Assembly: GCA_963924565.1 (NCBI GenBank)
Contig: OZ004608.1
Location: 33,418,001-33,482,000 of the forward strand
Direction: 5' to 3'
Origin: Ascidiella aspersa
Lineage: Eukaryota
Length of the DNA stretch: 64,000 bases
A model generated the notes under the pieces. The model saw only the letters and a program-made list of their open reading frames with translations, did no database searches and had not been told where the DNA came from. Every line of letters starts with the position of its first letter. Within the stretch, counting starts at the first letter, position 1. Shown one piece after another: positions 1 to 12,398 of this stretch. The position numbers and the translations under genes are program-made.

Positions 1-2068
1 CTACCAAGATTCTGTAGGCGGTTTGCAGGTAAGCTATACCTATATGAGGCGTCGTAATGTGTGAAGTTAAATGTAACTACTACTCATTGAAACGACCAAG
101 ATGCTGGGCAAGTATTTTGCGAAGTAACGTCAGTCCAATTCTGGTTGTTCTCAACTAATACCAAACTCAACTGATGTCCAATAGTCAAGTGTATGAATCC
201 GTGTTTTAGTTTTTGAGCTTCTTTGCCCAAAAAGCGTAAGGAAATAACTTTTTCGTTCTTAAGAGTTCTACAACTAACGCCAATACTCTTTCCTTTTTAA
301 ACCCTATAAGCCTGGATAAAAAATGAACAACATCCATTTTCATCCGAGTAAGATTAATTAACTAATTATTGACGTCTAAAAACCAGACATCACGAGGTGT
401 TATTTCGACAGGTAAAGGTGAAAGATGGGAGCTACGTTGAGGCAGTCCCTATTCCTGACACTGCCCTGGTTAATGTTGGCGACGTGCTTCAGTTTTGGAG
501 CAATGGAAGACTTAGATCCAACGTGAGTACTGTACTAGGCCTGTACTGCGACTTAAAATAAGGCTTCGGTTCGTATAGTAGAACTCAGGACTATTATATT
601 GCCTAAAAATATATGCGACTATTTGTTATTATTGGCAGTAATGGAAAACTAAAATTGATCTGCATTCTTTCGAGCAATTATTGAAATCGAACCTTTCCGG
701 TCTACTAACCGCGTAATAATGTCTTCTACCATTAAACTGAAAAGCTCTCAATGTTTTAATCAATTTACACTAGCCCGAAAATCAGTAATATGAATTAGAA
801 AGAAAACAAAACGCATTTTATTAATCGTCAACGATAAAGGTCTGCCTATACTGAGACAACACTACAATATGTTCAAAATGCCTAAAAATATTAAAATGTG
901 TTTTTCTCAATGAATATTGTACTGAGTAAATACACAATCGGCGCTTGTCGGCTATTAATGAAAAACATAACTTCCCCAAATCAGTTTGGCTATGTTTTTG
1001 ATGGTTTGCTATTGCGTTATTTAGATCTCAATTTTTGTCGGTAAAACGATTGCTCATTATCGGACAATTGACCAATCTTAATAGCTTAAAGTTTCACTTT
1101 TGGACTTTTGGTCATTGAAAAATAATTGTCTTGGACTCTAGTTATTATACAACTGACTTGACTGAAATTAAAGTTTTTTCAAAGTGACTGGTTTTCAAAA
1201 GGGCTGTGTCTTCGGAGTCGAGACTCGAGTAAGACTACTTAAGACTATACCCGAGTCCCGCGAGTCCGACGTGCGCAGTACCAAATTGTAAAACTAATAA
1301 GGCCGCATACAGTAACTTATAAAAGTGGAATAGCATATGGTTGAATATTTACAAACATTATATTGTGGGTGGATGAATTATTTGGTACTCTTTGAGTGGG
1401 TTGCTCCAAAATTCACCTAATTTCTAGGCCTACTTAAGGAGTCGCAGCCGGACTCGGGACTAGACGGAGTCGGTTTGTTGTGCTGGAGTCGGGCTCGGGA
1501 CTCAAGTAAGACCACGGAAAACTAACACAGTCTCGAGTCCGACGTTCGCATGTGTAGTAGCCTACCAAATTTTAAAACTGATTTAGCCGCCAAAGGCGGA
1601 ATACCATAAGGTGAATATAAGGTGAATAAAGTGGATTGATCAATATCCACCATATTTAGTTACGAACCGTACAGTTCTGCCCGAACTCGGGACACGACCA
1701 AATTGCACATTTGGCCGGAGTCGGACTCGGGTTATTTTTAACAGACTCCGCAGCCCTGGTTTTCAAAACTGCTGTTTCCAGGAGAGTTTACTGGCGCCTT
1801 AACCAATCGCCCACTTTCTCAGCCTCACCGAATCCTGGCTCCGGTCGACCCACAGCAGCGCGCCTCTTGCCGGCGATCGCTCTGCTTCTTTGCGCACCCG
1901 GACAAGCACGTGCCCATCGCGTCCGGCGCCATGAAGCGTGACGTCATCAACACGGCCGGCAGCACCGACCTGAAGTTCAGCGCCAAGGAGCTGGAGGGAA
2001 TGACGGCCGGAGAGTTCGCGATCAAGCGTTATTTTCACACCTACGCGCCCACCAATACGGCCGCTTGA
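1..2068 (+). CDS. 2-oxoglutarate/Fe(II)-dependent oxygenase (IPNS/DIOX-like, UPF0676-like), 5'-partial
   Basis: Exons <1-28 (YQDSVGGLQ|gtaagc), 412-522 (VKVKDGSYVEAVPIPDTALVNVGDVLQFWSNGRLRSN|gtgagt) and 1823-2068 (PHRILAPVDPQQRASCRRSLCFFAHPD...TNTAA*). All junctions are phase 0. The GGLQ, NVGD, distal His (PHR) and RxS motifs are typical of the 2OG-FeII_Oxy fold. Confidence 0.9.
1199..1758. mobile_element. hAT-type MITE with internal GGAGTCGG/CCGACTC repeats
   Basis: Termini aAGGGCTG...CAGCCCTG with a perfect 8-bp TSD GTTTTCAA (1191-1198 / 1759-1766). Confidence 0.8.
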
Positions 2069-2832
2069 AAAGTGGGCGTTAACTGGGAGGGGCGTGGTCG
2101 GAAGACAACGTTTCTTAAGCTTATTTGATATCTGATGTTTCCTAGTACTCCTTATTGTGTTTATTCAATCCCTTTTAAAAAGAGCAAACTTATAAAATGC
2201 GGTTGCAAAATCGAAAATCACCAGAGTAATATCGTTTATAAGCTGACAACTCATTAGTATGTAATGCTCCACTTGAAAGTGTCTAATACAGTGGTTCGTT
2301 ACTGTTTCCTTGCTTGCACCCCTTTCAAACCACAAAAAAATTCTTGCACCGTTTTCAAACCATCAACCAATTCTTGCCCCCCTTCAAAGTGATTTTTTAT
2401 TGTAAAACTATTATTCCGAAAGTCACAAAAACGTGTCAATAAAACAAGTTTCGATGTTTATCTATAATTGCTGTATCAGGGTTCAAAGCATTTGTATTAG
2501 CTATTTGATTTTTTTTTAATCAAAAGACGCGTTTAACCAACTGTAGCCGTAAGTACATGCGTTTGACATATATGTCAATAGGGTGTCATCTACCAAACGC
2601 AAACCATTTTAAAACAGTAGCCATTGTAATCTAGAAATAAAACAACAGCAATCTTGACTTTTTGTGTGTGTATCATCTTGCAAGCAAACTGTAAGTTTCG
2701 AAACAAAGGCGCAGTGACTTCTTTGAACTTTTCACCAACGAGGAAGTCGAAGACAAACGATAACCGGCTTCGTTGGTATTTAGCGGGGGTGTTCTTTTTA
2801 ACACGTGTTTGTTAAACGGCGTTGAAGACGTG

Positions 2833-3065
2833 ATTATATTTATAGGCTATCAGATAATTCAACAATTCTAAAAATGGTCACATTGACTTCACAGGGTATA
2901 AAAACCTATATATAAACACCAAAACTACATGTTTAACAAATCACAGAAAATACAAAAGAACTTAGAAACAACACTGTGTTGTCCATTTGTAGGTGTTTAT
3001 ACCCTGTGAAGTCGATGAGACCATTGTCAGACTTGTTGAATTATCTGATAGCCTATAAGTATAAT
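2833..3065. mobile_element. Long inverted-repeat (hairpin) MITE-like element
   Basis: Arm 2833-2912 (ttataggctatcagataattcaacaa...acttcacagggtataaa) is the near reverse complement of arm 2985-3065, with a spacer of about 70 nt. Confidence 0.7.
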
Positions 3066-3574
3066 AGGGAAATCCAAAATGGCTGCCAAAACAATTAAAA
3101 ACCGCACTGCGACGTATTTGGAAATTAAAACGACACACCAGGGCGTCGCCACGCCCAGTTTTGGAACCCCTGGTAAAGGAAACTAAGCAATTGTCGGTTG
3201 AAGGTCTGTTCCAGATATGATGTTAGTTCTGCCCATTTTTGGAATAGCATTTTGGCTTGGATTGTGACTGCAAAAACCTGAATGCCGTGAACAAATCTTT
3301 TTGTAAGATATTAAAAAATAACGGTTACATTTTTCTAGGAAAGTAAAATTCAGTCCAGAACTAATGTGACTTCAAACGGCAATAGGCTACAAATATGCCG
3401 AAAGTAGGTTACAAGTTCCGCCCTAAGTCATTTTAGCACTTGACAGTTGAAATTTAAAACAATAAAAAATCTTAACTGAAAGATTTATGAAAGTTGTTCG
3501 TGTCTGTTTAGTTGACTTTAAAAAATCATTTTTTCCCCTCTCAAATGCGTTACAAGTAGACAGAGCCAAAACAG

Positions 3575-4122
3575 CAGTGTTGCAAAACCAAATGACTCAA
3601 GTCCAAGTCAAAGTCATTTAGTGACGCAAGTCAATTTTAAGTCACAGAATTGAAATATAATAATGCTAAACATGTTACAGTCTAACCCAGGGATGTCCAA
3701 CCTGCGGCCCGCGGGCCACATTGCGGCCCATCTGAATTTTTTGGGCGGCCCGCTAGTCATTTTCACTCCCAAGTAGTATTTTAAACGTTCAATATTAGCC
3801 TAATTAAAATGTTCCACTCTGCGCACGAATAGTATAGTATGGGTAAATATATATATATATATAACTCTAAAGGCCCGTTATAACTCTAAACAGCAATACT
3901 TAATCTTGAAACTTAATAGGTTCTGTTTCAAGTGTCAATGCGGCACACTATAATAAAATGTTGGACATCCCTGGCTAACCATTATTTCGCAATGCTAACA
4001 AACCAAAAAAACGGAACAAAGGCATGTTTACATTTATTTTTTTACATTCGATAAATTAAGTCAAGTCAAGTCATTCGATAATAGCAATTTAAGTGATTTT
4101 GACTTAAGTCATTACAACACAG
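3575..4122. mobile_element. GACTT-rich hAT MITE (reverse orientation), interrupted by a second MITE
   Basis: CAGTGTTG...CAACACAG termini and AAGTC repeats. Same family as 4547-5003. Confidence 0.65.
3688..3973. mobile_element. hAT-Charlie-like MITE nested in the previous element
   Basis: TIR CAGGGATGTCCAAC...GTTGGACATCCCTG, subterminal GCGGCCC repeats, and flanks gtctaacc / gctaacc (near-TSD). Confidence 0.8.
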
Positions 4123-4546
4123 CAGAGCACCCACAGTCACACGGCATTTGAATGGTTTATGCGTGTTAATTAAATAGACAGACATTAACACGGTACAGTA
4201 GTTTGGTTTAGGGACTAAAGACACGTAACTTTTGCAAAAAATTACAAATACCAGTATTGTATCATTAAGCTGCAATGAAAATAAGTGAATATTGACATCT
4301 TTAACAAACCTGCTAAAATGTTTTTCCAATGAAATTATTTGCCTCCAACGTGTGACATCATAACATAAGGGGTTTTGTTTATAAATGCGAAGTAAAAATA
4401 TTTCCAATATGTTTGAGTGGTGTTCTCACAGAACTACAATACCTGAATATTGCTGCCCTGTATACGTCCGAGTTGCAAAAAAGCGAAACGTAGTTTGCCT
4501 TCAGTGTGGTGCTAGCAGTAGTAGATCTAACACCGACAATGCTTAC

Positions 4547-5003
4547 CAGTGTTGTGATGACTTAAGTCATTGACTTGACTTAAGTCACTGTTATCAAATG
4601 ACTTGACTTGACTTAAGTCTTTTGACCAAAATGACTTGACTTAAGTCTTTTGGACAAATGACTTGACTTGGACTTAAGTCATTATGTCAAATAACAGGGG
4701 ATTAAATTAAGTGTTTTTCATTAAAATTTATTTTCAGTTTTGCACATTAAACACTTGAAGTGCTGTGTACTGCGTTTGTGTTTTTTTAGTTAAATTGTTG
4801 CTTATGATCGGACAATTTTACCAATATCAATAGTTTAACAATTTACTCTTATGTCAATGACATGACTTGAAATTGACTTGCTCTCATAATGACTTGACTG
4901 GGACTTGACTTGGGCAACCGATGACTTGGGCTGCGACTTGTTATTTTCGCAAATGACTTGACTTGGACTTAAGTTATTTCAAAATGACTTGTTTACAACA
5001 CTG
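4547..5003. mobile_element. GACTT-rich hAT MITE
   Basis: TIR CAGTGTTGT...ACAACACTG, perfect 8-bp TSD ATGCTTAC, and subterminal arrays of GACTT(G). Confidence 0.85.
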
Positions 5004-5251
5004 ATGCTTACCAATAGCAATTCATAACAGTGTGCGAACAATTACATTCTTGTTGCTTGCGATGAATGCACGATAATTGTTCGACGACGTTTTGAAGAAC
5101 AAAATCAACACTATATACTTATGGTAAATATACAACAAATATGGCTGTATATTTAAAATATTTAAACATAATTTCGCAAAAACTTAAGCACCCTACCCAC
5201 CAAAAATCGATAACATGTGAAACAGCGCTATTAAGGAATCTACAATGATTG

Positions 5252-5657
5252 TAGATAGTCCGATACTGGAAATTTTAATCCGATAACCGATATTTTGGAG
5301 GAAACGTATCGCGGTTCGATCCGATACCAATGACGTCATAACTATGCCCAAACAAGCAAAATGCATAAAAGTTAAACGTCCAAAGGTAATTTTTTCGAGT
5401 TACTAGTTATACAGTACATTTTGCTAAGAAGAAGTTCATTTTGCTAAGAAAGTTACCTTCTGTTGTTAACTCACTTTTTTTAGAAATAAACTCTTCAAGG
5501 TTAAATAGCTGTGTTCAATATCAAATCAAGCCTTAAATTTTGATATTAGTTTGGTGTTGGGACATCACCGATATCTACCTAGTATCGAACGAGTACCGAT
5601 ACCATCACTTGATGACATCGAGTATCGGTTCCGATCCGATATAATCGGGCAACCCTA
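5252..5657. mobile_element. TAGGG-ended MITE with CCGATA repeats and an internal TGACGTCA
   Basis: Homologous to copies at 41489-41882, 50871-51547 and ~37299 onward. Ends in ...ATCGGGCAACCCTA. Confidence 0.65.
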
Positions 5658-5714
5658 TTTGCAGATATAGCCGGAGAGAGGATTTGTTAAATAAAGCGAA
5701 GTGGGCAGATTAAT

Positions 5715-5961
5715 ATTTCCCAGCCTTTTATTGATAGCGGCACCCCTATAAGCTGTGACCGTAGGAAATTCACTAGAATGTCACAATTTTGGAACTGTAA
5801 CAACACACACCCACTCTACACAACGTAGGAAGTTATAATTGGATTTATTCCACTCTAATCTTACACACAAAGTTGTTAGAGTTGAGCAAAATTAGATTCT
5901 TAACCTTGAGCATTAGAAATGGCATTCAAGGGCGCCGCCGCACCCCGGTTGAGAACCACTG
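5715..5961. mobile_element. Charlie-like MITE, reverse copy of the 45824-46106 family
   Basis: The internal sequence is the reverse complement of about 45930-46080. Ends in CCCCGGTTGAGAACCACTG. Confidence 0.65.
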
Positions 5962-7826
5962 GATTAAACGCTTTGTTACAATTGAAAAAAGAAGGTAAGA
6001 CTACCTTATAAGATCACTTAAAGTTTTAAAGCTTCTCAACAGAGTAACATTGCAACACGAAAAATCATGCGTAAACAATTTGCGCATATATATCATAAAT
6101 GCTTCTTTTACATTCAAATAGAAGAATATTCGGCGAGATTGCTGCATAAAACGCACGGGTAAATATTGAAGATCGCAGTTTAAAATAATACCCAAAACTT
6201 AAAATTAGGTAAAGGGTTGGAGAATAAATTAGTATTTGTACAAAACGAATAGACCCAGAGATTCGGTAACTTAAAAAAAATATGTCCTATGGGTGTGAAA
6301 GTCAAAACATATTCTTGTCATGGCTTTTTCGTAACTAAATTACATTTAAAAAAATTAAAAAACAGAAAGCATGGGTATCACATACAGAGCACCATTTTTT
6401 GCAACTTGGCTGCATGATTTTATATTGTTGCATTTAACGTTAGATTGATACGGTAAGTTGTATCTTTGATCAGGGTCACATTTTAAAAACACGCGAGGCC
6501 GCATTTATTTCGAAAGTTGTGTTGGTCAGAAGATAGACTGGATTAGGTGCAAGTTAGATCCAAAGTAAGATTAGTTCATCCACACCGTTTCTTAAACCAG
6601 TGAAACTTGAGACTAAAGTGAAATATTTTTTTAGTAATTTAGTTTTAAAATAGAAAAATATTTTGCATGAATCAGGGATCCTATTAATGGAAGGGTTATA
6701 TCTCTTCGAAACATCTTACCAAATAAAAACGCTTTCCGTTTATCCGAAAAACGATTATTATCGGTATTAATTGGCATAAATCGAAGTAACACCCTTTAAA
6801 AGAGTGTTTCTCAACCTTTTTTTGCGGCGACCCATATACTATAAGCGTTAGTATTACAGCGCAGTTTTGGCGACGCAATTATCTTCACTAAATGCGCTGT
6901 AAGTGAACAAAACATGAGGCAAATGGCATAAATTTGATTTGATATAAGGAAGGTTATTTGTTTTACGACACTTTTTACTAATTTAAGAGAAATCTTGCTC
7001 AGAACCTATTTCAAGAAACCTAACCATATAAAACCACTGTAATTAGGGACCCGACAAATCCATTCGCCGCCAAATTTTAGACGCGGCCATAGGTTTAGCA
7101 AGTAGCAACACTGCTCTAATAGCATTTGACTTTGTGGACAACTCAATTTGCTGCCACTAAATTAGCATGGATCCCCGCCCTTCGACAAACACGAAAACGA
7201 AAAACGTCTTTCGATTTTAAACACCGACGCATATTGCCGAAACCTAAAGGCATATCGGGCAATAAATAGCAAACAAGAACTCATGAGAACAGGCTTCAAA
7301 CATATTAGTAAATATATCTTAAAAGAAAAAACCTTGGGCGGTAATTTAAACAAACGTAGTCAAGGAAAACTACTCGTATAATACACCAATTAACATCAGA
7401 TGGATAGTGGAAAACCCCATCAAACAATCTTGCATACTTAATAGCAAACTGTTTGCTTCAACCAGCATGCCTCAAGAGATTCTAAAGTATGCCATGAGAC
7501 TTGTCGCCAGTAAATATTCTCTCTTTGTCATATTGAGTCGACCAAAAATCGCAAGCCAGTGGCTATAGCTATGGAAAAATAAAGTTTGAATTATTTTTAT
7601 CTTTAATAAACATACGTAAATGGGGAAAGAACATTGCTTTTGAAAAAAGCGAAAATACCACTCAGTGGTATAAAGACACAAAGTTCAATAACCGCTGCTT
7701 AAAAAAACCTCTTAAAATTTTGCCCACAGGCGGAAAAAACAGCAACTTCAACAACCCCAGCGTGGGCGCATCAGCTTCTAAGAGTACAAAAACACACTCA
7801 AAAATTGACAAACAGTGGCCGTTTTT

Positions 7827-10800
7827 TTACGAGTAGGTCTTGTGAAAGATGCGCTGCACGTACTGGCCGACCGTCATGTCCCGAAGGTCGTCGCTACTCA
7901 TTCCCAGCAAAGTAACGTTGTCATTATCGGCCAGTTCGGAGGGGACGACCTGCTCGGCCAGTGGTAGGTCCTCGGACGGGTGAACGAAGAAGGCAATCGA
8001 ACGTCGGGTGGCGCTTCGCTGCACGGGGTCAGAGGGCACAAGAATCCGGTGCGGCTGGGTCGAAAAAAATTTGGCGTTTTATATTCAATGCTTGTAAATT
8101 TTTTTTTGAATTTTACTAATTTTTTTTCAATTTTGGTCAGAAAAGAATTGGCGGGATGTTTCCTAAAAAAGGGCCATTTCTTTTTTAATTTCAAAAAAAA
8201 AAAAAAAAAAAAAAAAACAATTTTGGCGGGATGTTTTTCTTTAGATTAGGTAATAGGGCCAATAAGAATAAAACTAAAGACAAAACTAAAAAAAAACGAA
8301 AATCGTTTTGTTTTGCTGTTATTCGCTAAACCTATTTCACTCCTTTGAGCATTATCAGTAACTAAAAGCATAATAAGATATAAACCCCAAGAAGTGTGCA
8401 AACAGAAAATTAAAACTAGAGTTTTTTCTAATATCGCTATTCATGCAAACCAGGCTAGAAAAAAAATAAACCTCTTGAAATTAGTTTCGAACTTACATCC
8501 TCGGCCATACCAAGACCGTCGCTCTACCAACTGAGCTACATAGGCTCAGAGGGGAGCAAGTCGAGAAACAACGATGACACCATTTATTTATATCCTATCA
8601 GTACAAACAACTCCATATTAAAGCGGACAGTTCGACGTTAAGTCAATAGAAAAGCATAGACAATTAGACATAAGTGTACAGCAACTGTGACCTAGCCCTT
8701 CTGCTGTCGCCTACCAACGACAACTGCTTACCTATCATAGTACACCGGAAGCTTTCGGCAGACTAACCTAATCTGTCTATCAATAAACTAGCATTATACA
8801 GATGTTTGTACTAACAGGATGCAGCAATGGCGTCAAGGTTGTTTTTTAATTCGCTCCCCTCAGAGCTTGTTTAGCTCAGTTAGTTGAGCGGCGGTCCCGG
8901 GAAGGCCGAAGGTCTTGAGTTAAAACAGCGGTTCTCAATAGGAGTGCCATGGCACTCTATGGTGCCATTTATAAGGCCCAAGGGTGCCTAAAAATATTTC
9001 AAATTATTTAGGATTCCAGTTGTTGCTCTATTGGTAGCCTTATTGACACAACTTTTTGTGTACCGCAAACTTATGATAATTGCTGTAGGGTGCCGCCAGC
9101 CAAAAAAGGTTGCGAAACACCGAGATAAAACAACACTGCAGGCTAGTTGTTATTCGAGCCTACGTTGCTTCATTAGGTTTCGTGCATCATTAATCAAATG
9201 ATTCGATTAGTCTGTCGAAGCCATTCGATGAACTTCATAAAATAGCTTTTTCAACTCGAAATTAAATTATTACTGAAATTTTGACAATGTTTTGTTTGGT
9301 AAACTTCTTGACCAAACAAAAAATTCTCATACGTCCAACTTTGCATTTGTCATAACTTTTTTCGTGTTTTTCTTATTCCTTGATGAAAAAAAAAAAAAGA
9401 AAAATTCCTGAAAACATTTTTTATTATTTCCATTCCCATGAAATTTTTTTTATTTTTTTACCACTGCCAAGTAACAGAATTCACCGGTAATAACTTATAA
9501 ATCGACACAAAAATGCTGTACTATACATTCAAGACCCTTTTCAAAACCCAAGCAATTAAATGGTACCATGGTCATTGGCCACTCATAGCAATTGGTCGTT
9601 TTTAGTTGACCAAACGAAGTTTAAGCCTGGTAATAAAAAGCACATATATGTTGTTTGTTCTGTGTCAGCACAAATTAAGCCTGTGTTATCGTAAAAGCCG
9701 CACGCGAAAACTAGTAACGGCAAACATTAGTTTAATACAACCGATTATTGCTTATTCAGCTTATTTCTTTAGTTAAATATTATCGAAATGACCCACTTGA
9801 ATTTAAAATTAACTTTGTAATCTGTTGACCACCATTAAGTACAGACGCTAAATGATGAGCCTCGGCGAAAGACGGTTATGTTGCCCGTCATTTCCAAGGT
9901 CAAAAAATATCAAAAACAGGTCATAATATTTACCACGTGTTTATTTATTCGGCAAAAACTTATTCTGCTTTAATACCAATGTACCAAACAAAACCCTAAC
10001 GGAAGCTTGATTAATTTTGAACAGTGGTTGTGCGTTCACATATTGCATTAATAAATGTACGTTGTTGTGTAACCGCAAACGCATATAAGCTTCCGGTTTG
10101 CAACAAGCGTATTTTGCGACTTGAATATTAATGTTACCAGAATTTTGAAAACGTGAATCCAAAAGGAAGTTCATTCACGTTTAAGCACAATTGAACTTTT
10201 TGCCTAAAATATCTCTATAGATTGAAATGAAAAGAGCCAGATATTCTCAGTACACAGACAAACCTTACCGTTGATCTAAGTCTTCCGTTCGTCCAATACT
10301 GAAGAATATCTGCAACGTTGATTAGGACAGCACCTTCCACCGGCAGTGCTTCTATGTATTCCCCGTCACAGGTTTTAATCTAAGCGGTACAGCTTGACTT
10401 TACCAAAAGTAAACGGAGGCTTTAATCGGAATGTTGTCAGTAATAAGATTTGTAAAAAAACAGAAAAATAATTGGATTTTTTCAATAAAAGTAGGGATTA
10501 AAAACAATTTTTAGAAAATTTTAATTTTTTGCTAATTTTAAGAAATTGTAGAGCAAGATATTATAGAAATTTTAAAGCATTTAACAACTATTTTTGGTGT
10601 GACATATGGCAGCCTGAGCCCAAGGGATCACTTCATATATCCGATATCTGAAGAGATTCCATTAATAATTTTAAGCGTATATTGTCATACTTCAGATAAG
10701 TAATGGTTTTTATGCAGATATATGTAATCTGTAACTGCTAGTCAGAATCAGAGCTGCGTTCGAAACTCAAAAGACCGTAAATTGTACATTGTAAGGATGG

Positions 10801-12398
10801 AATAGCATGTGGTACGATATTTGCCGGATAATGTAGATTCCTTATGAATCGATTGCTGAATATCCTCCTTATTTTAGTAACATAAATGGGTGAAATATAG
10901 GCAGTAGAGTCAAAGCCAGACTCAGGACTTAACAAAATCTGTACATTTAGCTGGAGTCCGACTCTGGTTTGTCTTAACCGACTCTTCAACCCTATCAGGA
11001 ATATCATAATATTTAAATGTAAGTGACCTGGAGGCCTCCAACCGAATCCTGGAAAAGCAAGGTGAGCGAACCGTAGTCGGTGTGTTCCAGCAATCTGACT
11101 TGCCCCTCTGGCAAGTTGTCGGGGACGGGGGGATATCGCAAGCAGCGCAAAGAGGAGTGGTTGTTGATTTCGAGGATGCTGGAATGAAGCCTTGTCAGTT
11201 GCTTGGAACCCTGTTGAATTTTCTTTTAAATTACACAACTTTCAGAAATACATGAAGGTCGACTGTTGAGGTTTATAATAGTTTGTAGTACACTTGTCAA
11301 AAAAAAATTAACTGAATTTTTCAATTTTGAAAACAATACACCATATATCATTAAATTAAATTAAAATTTAACAACCTTTTTTAAATATTAATTCAACCTT
11401 GAATTGTTAAAGCTTAAATCAATATTGATTAAAAATCAAAATAAGTGACATATTCTTAAAAAAAACTCTTCATTAACTTCTAAGCTTTAATAATTTTTTA
11501 AAGTTTAAAACAAATATTGAAACTTTTATTTCTATTAATTCTTGTAAATGTTACAATATTACCTCTAGTCCTAAAGAGGAAGACAAGGCTTCCAAAATTC
11601 GCAGAGACAAACTTTTGCATTGCTTCATAAAGCCAACAGCGGTAGTTGAAAATCCGGGTACAAGGCTGTCTGGCCAAAGTACTTCACTATTGACGACAGC
11701 CCTTCCCGTCATGTTGAAAGACTCCTTGTAATCTCCACACTTATCCAGGCCCAGCCTGAACATATTTCATTTAATTTTTTATTAACAAAATGCCTGGACT
11801 CCTAAAAATCCAATTTGAAAAAAAATTCGAAGTGGGAGTGAAAAACTTACCTTTCCTTGGCAATGCAATCATAGCCAAAGTTATATACGCTTCTCGCAAA
11901 CTTTTCCTTCTCAGTTGAAGGCAAGTCGAAAAATTCTTCAGTGACTCTGTTAATATCATCAACAGAAGACCTAGAAGATTATATTTAAAGTGTAATTAGC
12001 TGTATATATTTTCCTGTGGAACAAAACAAAGTTGATATCATATTATTATAACTTAAGATAAACAAAAACAAGTGTACTGTTCAATGTAAAAACTTTTATT
12101 AATATTTAATTTTATTTGTTTTTTGACACAAAAATATTTTAAATATTAGTATAATGTCCTGTAAAAAAACAGTTGTATTGGAAAACTATTTGGTTATGAT
12201 TTTAATAAATGTTAACAACTCTTTTTACAATTCCAATTAAATGACCAACCTATTAATTCCAGTGTTCACCAGATAAACAAATCCTATCTTTTCGAAAGCA
12301 TTAGATATTTGTCTTCCAGCATCCTCAATGTCTTTGTTCTCTACATTTTCTTGGCTAATACTACATTTGCCAAAATCGACAATAGGGATCCCATTCAT
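7827..12398 (-). CDS. 2-oxoglutarate/Fe(II)-dependent oxygenase (DIOX_N + 2OG-FeII_Oxy), ~327 aa
   Basis: Exons 12398-12250 (MNGIPIVDFGKC...GFVYLVNTGI), 11970-11851 (EEFFDLPSTEKEKF...GYD), 11755-11563 (DYKESFN...WP), 11210-11028 (LRCLRYPP...LLEHTDYGSLTLLFQDSVGGLQ), 10379-10269 and 8054-7827 (PHRIL...RRSIAFFVHP). Total 984 nt with all phases consistent. The HxD...H triad and RxS motif are intact. A possible upstream exon ends at 13542 (ATGA|gtaaga). Confidence 0.92.
8440..8558 (-). mobile_element. tRNA-derived SINE-like element
   Basis: The minus strand reads ...GTAGCTCAGTTGGTAGAGCG...GTTCGAAAC, i.e. Pol III A and B boxes, but it does not form a proper cloverleaf. Confidence 0.6.
8852..9175 (+). 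mobile_element. Second tRNA-derived SINE-like copy, split by a Charlie-like MITE (8926-9122)
   Basis: GCTCCCCTCAGAGC...TAGCTCAGTTAGTTGAGCG... is homologous to the 8440-8558 copy. The MITE CAGCGGTTCTCAA...GTTGCGAAACACCG has a 7/8 TSD (AGTTAAAA/AGATAAAA) in the B-box region. Confidence 0.6.

Noticed and set aside
1711-2038. Three short ORFs listed over the last oxygenase exon
   Set aside because: They are shadow frames of the GC-rich exon 1823-2068.
8470-8925. Functional tRNA genes
   Set aside because: A and B boxes are present, but the acceptor and anticodon stems do not pair and one copy is interrupted by a MITE. Treated as SINE-like.
10738-11238. 166-aa minus-strand ORF
   Set aside because: It is an alternative frame over the true oxygenase exon 11028-11210, which encodes the HTD motif.
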